From positions 6,262,001 through 6,326,000 of the forward strand of contig CATNEN010000024.1 in assembly GCA_950097015.1 (NCBI GenBank): a DNA stretch of 64,000 bases, written 5' to 3'. The position numbers and the translations under genes are program-made. Positions 24,301-33,063 of this stretch are shown piece by piece (position 1 is the first letter of the stretch; every line of letters begins with the position of its first letter). Source of the stretch: Macrostomum hystrix (taxonomy: Eukaryota > Animalia > Platyhelminthes). A model generated the notes under the pieces. It saw nothing but the letters and a program-made list of their open reading frames with translations. It had not been told where the DNA came from and ran no database searches.

Positions 24301-26609
24301 ATGTTATCACTGGTAGCACTTTATTCCGATTGGATACCAAAAATATAACATATCTGTTTAAATCATTAGAGTGTGACGATTCTGATTGGCTGCTAAAAAT
24401 AGAACATGACTATACGAATCAGTAAAGTGTGACGATTCCGATTGGCTGCTAAAAAAGAACATGACTATCCAAACTGTAAGAGTGGGACGATTCTGATTGG
24501 CTGCTAAAAATAGAACATGACTATACGAATCAGTAAAGTGTGACGATTCCGATTGGCTGCTAAAAAAGAACATGACTATCCAAACTGTAAGAGTGGGACG
24601 ATTCTGATTGGCTGCTAAAAATAGAACATGACTATACGAATCAGTAAAGTGTGACGATTCCGATTGGCTGCTAAAAAAGAACATGACTATCCAAACTGTA
24701 AGAGTGGGACGATTCTGATTGGCTGCTAAAACTGGAATGAGACTATTGAAACTGGAAGCGTTTGGATTTTTATTATGTGCTAAAAATAGCGCAAAGGCAT
24801 TCAACCTGTGTGCGCCCTAGATTGCTTAATAAAAATGAGTTTCAATGAGTTTAATCCATGCCGCTTTGCGATGAAGCTAGTTTTTTTCGGTAGTTTTATC
24901 GCGCAAAAATGTCTCCATTATTTTTTTTCGCAGCACGCGACAGCTAATCATAGGGCCAATGACATCATCGTAACTGAGGGACAACCCCAGGTGGTGACGG
25001 CAAGGTTTATGTACGGCCCGTTGGATATGCTCTCGCTGTCGGATGAAGTCGTAAGTCCTGATTTTGTTCTGTCTAAAAAACCCAACTGCATCCCGAGACC
25101 AAAATCCCGAATCGCCGAACAGATCGACGTGCACGCACTCAGCCAGCCACCGAACGGTGATTGGCAGTACCTGGGCAGCGGCCGCACGGACAGCCACGGC
25201 AAGCTCAGCTATTCCCTGCCTGCAGATCGCCGACTGCCGTTGGGCTCGCACACTTTGAAATTGGTTGCTAGGAGCGATCTAACCTGCGCCGACCTCAACC
25301 TGGCAGTGGTGCCTCCAAACACCGAGTGTGTGGCATTCTCCGTTGACGGCTCATTCGCTGCCAGCGTCTCCATCATGGGAGGAGATCCCAAGGTGAGTTC
25401 ACGGTTCCTCATTTGATTAACTTGACAGTAGTATAAATCTAAATCCTCATATCTGACAAAAGTTAATCCCAATCCTCAAATTAGACACTTGAGTTATCCC
25501 AATCCTCAAATTTGATAATTTTGCTAATCCCAATCCTCATATTTGGCTGCAGTTATCCTTATTTTATCCTCGAATCCTCACATCTGACTGCAGTTATCCC
25601 AATTCGCCGATCGGATCCTCATATTTGAATCCTACGATATAAGCCGTAATAAAAAGTCACATACAATAATCCCTAATTCATTCGCAGGTGCGGCCGGGCT
25701 CAGTGGACGTTGCCAGGCACTGGCAGGACCTGGGCTACCTGCTGATTTACGTGACCGCCCGGCCTGACATGCAGCTAAAACGAGTGCTGGGCTGGCTAGC
25801 TAGGCATAATTTTCCACACGGCATGTTGTTCTTCGCCGACGGCCTATCAGCTGACGCCATGCGACAGAAGGCGGCCTGCCTGCAACGACTGGCCGGCCAA
25901 TCGGGGCTGAGGCTGCACGCAGCCTACGGCTCAGCCAAGGATGTTCCAGCCTACAGGGCTGTGGGTGCCAAGCACGTATTTGTTGTTGGACGTGGCGGTA
26001 GGAAATTGACCGGTTTGGCTACTGTGAGTAGTGCACGCGCGCATAAGTTTTTAATTAACCGTAAATTTACTATGCAGAAATGTACATAGACTATGCAGAA
26101 ATGTACATAGACTATGCAGAAATGTACATAGACTATGCTGAAATGTACATAGACTATGCAGAAATGTACATAGACTGTGCAGAAATTTGCATAGACTATG
26201 CAGAAATTTACATAGACTATGCAAAAAGGTACATAGACTATGCAGAAATGTACATAAGACCGGACATTACTCAAAGCGCAATCTGGCCTTGTTGCAGCCG
26301 TTGACAGACGGCTACGCTGCTCATCTGGCCAGCCTGCAGTCCGGCCACGAGAGCTCGCGACCTGCCAGCGGCTCCGGCCGCGCCTTTGTCCGTCGCGGCT
26401 GCTTCGGCCTCCCATCCGCCTCAGCCTCCACGGCCGCCGCGTCATCGGCTGCGTCGGCAGCTTCATCGCCTTCGGCGTCGTCGGTTTCGGCGGCCGCTCG
26501 ACTGTTGGACCCCGGCCGAATGACGGCTTCGGCTCGCGGTCCGGCAGCATCGCCGCGTGGCTCCTCGCCTCTGATGGCACCCCGCAGCCCGGCCGCCTCG
26601 CTGCGATAA
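12360..26609 (+). CDS. rdgB: RdgB-alpha / Nir / membrane-associated PI-transfer protein (PITP + FFAT + DDHD + LNS2; 14 coding exons, ~1240 aa)
   Basis: join(12360..12437,15407..15539,17498..17673,18271..18672,18959..19169,19495..20168,20905..21118,21258..21686,22071..22270,22870..23040,24934..25050,25123..25392,25688..26023,26298..26609), 3723 nt. Motifs: [65 protein letters not shown]-like [58 protein letters not shown]. The exon 7 donor could also be 21103 (same phase). Confidence 0.96.
13092..13640. repeat. 21-bp minisatellite (rdgB intron 1)
   Basis: Unit gctgtccttcagtgtgctgta. Confidence 0.94.
14470..14720. repeat. Degenerate ttccaagaaact-based repeat (rdgB intron 1)
   Basis: Recurrent (t)ttccaagaaacttcgg. 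Confidence 0.7.
15266..15370. repeat. 21-bp tandem repeat, 5 copies, upstream of the rdgB exon 2 acceptor
   Basis: Unit tgacacttatgacagaatctc. Confidence 0.9.
15578..17455. repeat. Compound 24/32-bp minisatellite filling rdgB intron 2
   Basis: Constant core gagtgccagaact with three recurring flank types (gatgagc, aataggc(t/c)aatagtc, gattggtggtt). Confidence 0.95.
17700..18195. repeat. 17-bp minisatellite (rdgB intron 3)
   Basis: Unit ctagaggagtgtacatt. Confidence 0.94.
18676..18942. repeat. 17-bp minisatellite making up essentially all of rdgB intron 4
   Basis: Unit tgtcactctctgtccaa. Confidence 0.94.
20397..20632 (-). mobile_element. tRNA-derived SINE family A, copy 1 (RdgB intron 6)
   Basis: On the minus strand, A-box-like GTGGCAGAGCG and B-box-like GCTCGATTCC. 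The body aligns by eye with 22420..22682 and 34327..34549. Confidence 0.75.
20661..20730 (-). mobile_element. tRNA-like head of SINE family B (truncated)
   Basis: The reverse complement TGTAGCCTAGTGGTTAGAGC...GGGGGTTCGATTCCCGACTCCACTG matches the head at 44177. Confidence 0.7.
21738..22040. repeat. 19-bp minisatellite (rdgB intron 8)
   Basis: Unit gggagcggatcagggatta; contains TTAGGG across the junction. Confidence 0.94.
22420..22682 (-). mobile_element. tRNA-derived SINE family A, copy 2 (RdgB intron 9)
   Basis: Minus-strand A box TGGCAGAGCGG and B box GAGTTCGATTC; shares the body gactcctgagcacac...gtacgcaggcaca...ctgccctg..tttctcatcgtcaggcagtgt. Confidence 0.78.
24370..24730. repeat. 111-bp higher-order repeat (56+55-bp subunits), ~3.3 copies (rdgB intron 10)
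   Basis: Each subunit begins gacgattc(t/c)gattggctgctaaaaa. Confidence 0.92.
26068..26255. repeat. 21-bp minisatellite (rdgB last intron)
   Basis: Unit actatgcagaaatgtacatag. Confidence 0.93.
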
Positions 26610-26611
26610 AC

Positions 26612-27150
26612 TCATTGGGAATCGGGATCTGACCCAATGGGAATTGGGATCTGACTCAATGGGAATCGGAATCTGACTCAAAGGGAATTGGGATCTGACT
26701 CAATGGGAATTGGGATCTGACTCAATGGGAATTGGGATCTAACTCAATTGAAATCGGGATCTGACTCAATGGGAATTGGGATCTGACTCAATGGGAATCG
26801 GAATCTGACTCAAAGGGAATTGGGATCTGACTCAATGGGAATTGGGATCTGACTCAATGGGAATTGGGATCTAACTCAATTGAAATCGGGATCTGACTCA
26901 ATGGGAATTGGGATCTGACTCAATGGGAATTGGGATCTGACTCAATGGGAATTGGGATCTGACTCAATGGGAATTGGGATCTTACTCAATGGGAATTGGG
27001 ATCTGACTCAATGGGAATTGGGATCTGACTCAATGGGAATCGGGATCTGACTCAATGGGAATTGGGATCTGACTCAATGGTAATCGGGATCTGACTCAAT
27101 GGGAATCGGGATCTATCTCCATGGGAATTAGGGTCAGACTCAATGGGAAT
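26612..27150. repeat. 22-bp minisatellite starting just after the rdgB stop codon
   Basis: Unit gactcaatgggaattgggatct, with a 132-bp higher-order duplication (ctaactcaattgaaat variant at ~26740 and ~26872). Confidence 0.94.
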
Positions 27151-27221
27151 AGAGATCGGATTTAAAACGATTTGGGATCTGACTCGTTCCTTAAAAGTTT
27201 GACGCTTTTCTAAAAAGTCTG

Positions 27222-27805
27222 ACACATTTCTCAACAGTCTGACACGCTCCTCAAAAGTCTGACACGATCCTCAAAAGTCCGACACGTTCCTCAAAAGTCT
27301 GACACGTTCCTCAAAAGTCTGACACGCTCCTCAAAAGTCTGACACGCTCCTCAAAAGTCTGACACGTTCCTCAAAAGTCTGACACTTTCCTAGTCTGACA
27401 CTTTCCTCAAAACTCTGACACGTTCCTTAAATGATCTGACACGTTCCTCAAAACTCTGACACGTTCCTTAAATGATCTGACACGTTCCTCAAAAGTCTGA
27501 CACGTTCCTCAAAAGTCTGACACGTTCCTCAAAAGTCTGACACGTTCCTCAAAAGTCTGACACGTTCCTCAAAAGTCTGACACTTTCCTAAAAAGTCTGA
27601 CACTTTCCTCAAAACTCTGACACGTTCCTTAAATGATCTGACACGTTCCTCAAAACTCTGACACGTTCCTTAAATGATCTGACACGTTCCTCAAAAGTCT
27701 GACACGTTCCTCAAAAGTCTGACACGTTCCTCAAAAGTCTGACACTTTCCTAAAAAGTCTGACACTTTCCTCAAAACTCTGACACGTTCCTTAAATGATC
27801 TGACA
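27222..27805. repeat. 20-bp minisatellite
   Basis: Unit tctgacacgttcctcaaaag. Confidence 0.94.
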
Positions 27806-28730
27806 GACACCGTTTTGTGTTCGAATCTTTAAAAACTTTATAGTTTAATCGTTTTCGTCAGAATTTCATTTGGTAAACGTGTGCCTGACTTGTCTGAGCT
27901 TAGTTGTTTTTTGGTCAGAACTGACGAATATAATTTTATAGGTCCTAGCTGCTGTTCTTTCTCACCATAAAGAAATACTGTCTGTGATTTTATACTAGCA
28001 ACAACTTATATATTTATCTACCAAAAATAATTTTTCATGCTTTTAAAAAATATTTGCTAAGCATAATTCTAAGAAATACTAGTCAAATAGCTTGTGCTGC
28101 ATATTGACCTTTTATGTGTTACAATCATCTGCTTGCATTTCTATCAAATCTCTGACGATCTAGTAAATTCTTCTTTGTTGTCTCGGCTTGCTTATTTTCA
28201 TAAATATTGTTCACCGCAGCTGAAATCTAGGTGATTCATCCAAACTGAATGTCGAAATGAAATCAAGTCTGCGAAAACATCTCTTTTTTACGATGTTGTT
28301 TTTTAGTTTTTTTGTACAGACTGGTAATTTTTAATGTATGCTACTCTTAGTAGTAGCACGTATTTTTGAAAAATGTACTTTTCTTATAAATTAGAAATCA
28401 CTCTCGGCCTAAATATAATTGTCGTGAAAACTGCCATATTAAAATAAATATATGTTACACAACTGAGCTCACTTCCTTTTTATTCCTTTTGGAAGGAGCT
28501 GTTGGCAAATGTCCCAAAAAAGCAATGCATATAGAAACTATTAGCTTGCTTTTTAGTCCATATCTCAGAAAAAAGTTAGATAGAATTCTTTATTTGACGG
28601 CTACTTTGTTATTGACGTCTAAGACTTCCCAATCCCAGAAAAATTGTACGAGAGAACATTGAGTGGCTAAACTCTGACAACTGTTAATTCCAAAAACTTC
28701 TCGCACTCTCGCTCGATGACATCACCTTGA

Positions 28731-28818
28731 TGACGTCATCGTATGATGTCATTGTGATGACGTCATCGTATGGTTCTTTGTGATGACGTCATCTAATGAT
28801 GTAATTGTGGTGACGTCA
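28731..28818. promoter_or_regulatory. Cluster of four perfect CRE palindromes (TGACGTCA)
   Basis: At 28731, 28758, 28784 and 28811; three are extended to GATGACGTCATC. Function not shown. Confidence 0.45.
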
Positions 28819-31536
28819 TTCAATCATGCCATCATCCTCCAGGCGGTTGTTGGCGTTAGTCGAGTTGTTCGTCAGGCGCGTCAGCGTGATGATCAGGTAG
28901 TTCGCGGAGCCCGCCGACTGGTTGATGTCACCCGGGGAGGTGGAAGAAAGCAGCGGTGACGCCTCCGCCACCGTGGCCGCAGGTGGCTCTGGAAGCTCGG
29001 CTGCGTGAATTTGGCGGGGCTCCAGCTGGCACTGGCCAGTGGACTCATTGGTGTTACAGCTGCTGCGGGGTAGCGGGCGAACAGAAGCATGCCCTAATCC
29101 ACTGCCCCTTCACACACCCCCTAATCCACTGCCGCTTCACACACCCCCTAATCCACTGCCGCTTCACACACCCCCTAATCCGCTGCCGCTTCACACACCC
29201 CCTAATCCACTGCCGCTTCACACACCCCCTAATCCGCTGCCGCTTCACACACCCCCTAATCCACTGCCGCTTCACACACCCCCTAATCCACTGCCGCTTC
29301 ACACACCCCCTAATCCGCTGCCGCTTCACACACCCCCTAATCCGCTGCCGCTTCACACAACCCCTAATCCGCTGCCGCTTCACACACCCCCTAATCCACT
29401 GCCGCTTCACACACCCCCTAATCCACTGCCGCTTCACACGCCCCCTAATCCGCTGCCGCTTCACACACCCCCTAATCCGCTGCCGCTTCACACACCCCCT
29501 AATCCACTGCCGCTTCACACACCCCCTAATCCACTGCCGCTTCACACACCCCCTAATCCACTGCGCTTCACACACCCCCTAATCCGCTGCCGCTTCACAC
29601 ACCCCCTAATCCACTGCGGCTTCACACACCCCTTAATCCGCTGCCGCTTCACACACCCCCTAATCCACTGCCGCTTCACACACCCCTTAATCCACTGCCG
29701 CTTCACACACCCCCTAATCCGCTGCCGCTTCACACACCCCCTAATCCACTGCCGCTTCACACACCCCCTAATCCACTGCCACTTCACACAACCCCTAATC
29801 CGCTGCCGCTTCACACACCCCCTAATCCACTGCCGCTTCACACACCCCCTAATCCACTGCCGCTTCACACACCCCCTAATCCGCTGCCGCTTCACACACC
29901 CCCTAATCCACTGCGGCTTCACACACCCCTTAATCCACTGCCGCTTCACACACCCCCTAATCCACTGCCGCTTCACACACCCCTTAATCCACTGCCGCTT
30001 CACACACCCCCTAATCCACTGCCGCTTCACACACCCCCTAATCCACTGCCGCTTCACACATTCCCTAATCTACAGTCACTTCCATATCCCTCAATCCACT
30101 GCCACTTCACACAATAATCCATTACTTAATCCTTGACACTCCTAATCCATTCCATAATCCTCTGGTAGCATAGCTCACCCAATTAGAGCTTTGGCTCTGC
30201 GTTGAAACAGTTTCTGATATTCGGCCTCATCCAGTACGGACAGGTCGCTGACTCCCATATCCTGTGGCGCCCAATCGGGCCAGACTCCGCAGTCGCCATC
30301 AGCGTTACCGCAGCTCTGCTTCGCTTGGCATGCTTCCTCAGTTTTAAGCGAGTGTTCGGAATTCGGTTGGGCGGCTGTTTGAGTCGGCTTTTGTTTTATT
30401 CGCGGTCTTTGTTGTCTGCTAAAGTCTTGATTTCCATAAGTTTTTACTTCGGAATACTTTGGTTCCACTTCCGGTTCTGCCTCGGGTTCACTTTCACGTT
30501 GTACTTTTATTCCTCCATGGGGGTTAGCATTCGGTTTTGTCAGAAGTCTGGCTTCGGCATTAGCATCCTCTTCCAATTCATTGTTCAATTCGGAATTATC
30601 TTCCGGCTCCGGCGCAGATTTTAAATTTTGCTCTTCGCCAGCCGAGTTAGACGACGACGACAAAGAAACAAAGACAAAAAAAGAAGCTGGCTGCCGACGA
30701 AGCGGCGACGCCAGCGGCGGGACCCGGTACCCAGTGCATTGGATGTCGGCTGTGGACAACTCTTTGTCCGCGCAGCTCACAATGTGATTACGATCGTCGT
30801 CCCAATCGCTGTCGTCGTCGCTGTCATCCGTGACGACAGCTGTCGCCCGAGTCGCGCACAAAATGCCGCGCAGGCGGCGCGTTGAAAAAAATTGGCATCG
30901 ATCCCGAATTCCGCAACTGCAGTCGCCGGCCTTGGATTTTGGCTGGGACTTTTCCGCGCCGCCTGCAGCCGCTGCCGCGATGCGAAGCCTCGCCTTCTCA
31001 ATTTGCGCGCGCCATTGGAGTCGAAATTCGCTGCAACGATTCTCAGCCGTGTGACTTCTGGGGAGCTTTCTTAGAAAGTTGCTCTGATTGTCAGCGTCCG
31101 TCTCAGGCGCTACAGGTTTTTATTGAATTGGAGATGCAGAATCAGCATGAATCAATATGATCTGATTATGAAATGCAGGAGGTTGACCCTCAAGGGCGAA
31201 AATTGCACGACAAATTGCCCAAATGAACATGGCGAGAGGAAAACGCGTTAGACTTAACTAAACCCCACAGGCAGACAGCGAAGTAGATAGACAGGTAGAT
31301 AGAGAGGTGATCAGAAATGTAGAGTTGGACTCACGGTTCATCGTTGGCAGTCTCGGGCATCTAGCCCCGTGCTGGATGTCTGATGCAGTCAAGCGGGCGC
31401 TCATGCCATTCGATGTCGATGCGATGCAGTCTAGCACCTGCTGCTGCTGCTGTTGCGGTTGCTGCTGCTCCTCGTTGCTGTTGGCTGCTTTCTTTTTCCT
31501 CCAGACGCATCGAACGCGGGTAAGAATGGGCGTCAT
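28816..31536 (-). CDS. Hypothetical/orphan protein, 459 aa, largely low-complexity and acidic
   Basis: complement(join(31335..31536,30179..31109,28816..29062)). GTGAGT and GTGAGC donors, TAG and CAG acceptors, phases 1 and 2 match, 1380 nt stop-free. A splice acceptor lies 6 nt upstream of the ATG. I recognise no domain. Confidence 0.65.
29092..30070. repeat. 27-bp minisatellite (orphan gene intron 2)
   Basis: Unit ccgcttcacacaccccctaatcc(a/g)ctg, ~36 copies. Confidence 0.95.
31180..31250 (-). mobile_element. Short internal fragment of SINE family A
   Basis: ccctcaagggcgaaaattgcacgac...gcgagaggaaaacgcgttag matches segments of copies 1 and 2. Confidence 0.5.
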
Positions 31537-31704
31537 TTCTTGCTGAAAAGATTTAAATAAACTTATAATTAAAGAATTACATAAGCCTATAACTATTCAT
31601 TAAAACACTTATTAGAGCGTAAGGAAGCAATTTTTGCCATAGACATGCATCATAAACGAGGACGCTTAGACAGCTAATTAACTGGATGTACCGAAGATGT
31701 CGAC

Positions 31705-32222
31705 ACAGGGAGGACACAGCTCATTTAGGGAGGACACAGCTGACTCAGGGAGGACACAGCTGACTCAGGGAGGACACAGCTGACTCAGGGCGGACACAGC
31801 TGACTCAGGGAGAACACAGCTGACTCAGGGAGGACACAGCTGACTCAGGGAGGACACAGCTGACTCAGGGCGGACACAGCTGACTCAGGGAGGACACAGC
31901 TGACTCAGGGAGGACACAGCTGACTCAGGGAGGACACAGCTGACTCAGGGCGGACACAGCTGACTCAGGGAGGACACAGCTGACTCAGGGAGGACACAGC
32001 TGACTCAGGGAGAACACAGCTGACTCAGGGAGGACACAGCTGACTCAGGGAGGACACAGCTGACTCAGGGAGGACACAGCTTACTCAGGGAGGACACAGC
32101 TTACTCAGGGAGGACACAGCTGACTCAGGGAGGACACAGCTGACTCAGGGAGGACACAGCTGACTCAGGGAGGACACAGCTCACTCAGGGAGGACACAGC
32201 TGACTCAGGGAGGACACAGCTG
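31705..32222. repeat. 20-bp minisatellite carrying TGACTCA and CAGCTG
   Basis: Unit gggaggacacagctgactca; indel-free, 21 intact TGACTCA. Confidence 0.95.
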
Positions 32223-32789
32223 ATTAAGATAGAACACGGGTCAATTGTAATTGACATGTTGAAAACAAACATTGAATCTAAAATATTTTTAGACAAAGCG
32301 CAAGATAAACAAATGATCTGATACGTAGACCGAGCAGGCTGCATCTTGGGCTGCCCAATGATAGAAAATTGCATGGCGAAATAGCAGCCTCTAAAAGCAC
32401 GCGTACAAGTTCACACTGCCACATGTTCAGGGGTTAGAGGGACTGATAGCCAACAGCCTGCTATATAATGGGACCCCAACATGGAAAGAAGCGGACTGTA
32501 TTGATATAGGGCGAAAAAGAGCAGTACAGTTTGTGAGCGGTAGTTTTGTGTTCAGTCTCTCTTTCTGTATTCTTCTCTACAATCTGTGCGTGCCTATCTT
32601 TCTCAACTTGATCTAGCTACAGACAGGTCTTCTAAGCACAGTCCACACCGTTTTACGGCTTAATTAAGAAGAATCTGAAACCTACAACTTACCTGTTCGC
32701 TACCTGTGGTGCGTGTATTAACCCCGCATCTTCATGATTCATTCTCTGCAAGTAAGTTAATACGTTATTATGAAAGTTCTGCTGCTTAA

Positions 32790-33009
32790 GGTCTGAGGAC
32801 CGGGATCTGAGGACCGGGGTCTGAGGACCGGGGTCTGAGGACCGGGGTCTGAGGACCGGGGTCTGAGGACCGGGGTCTGAAGACCGGGGTCTGAGGACCG
32901 GGGTCTGAGGACCGGGGTCTGAGGACCGGGGTCTGAGGACCGGGGTCTGAGGACCGGGGTCTGAGGACCGGGGTCTGAGGACCGGGGTCTGAGGACCGGG
33001 GTCTGAGGA
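32790..33009. repeat. 15-bp minisatellite
   Basis: Unit gtctgaggaccgggg. Confidence 0.94.
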
Positions 33010-33063
33010 CATATTTTTATTTCGTATTCGAATTTCCCATGTACATGTACTGGCAATACAGTA

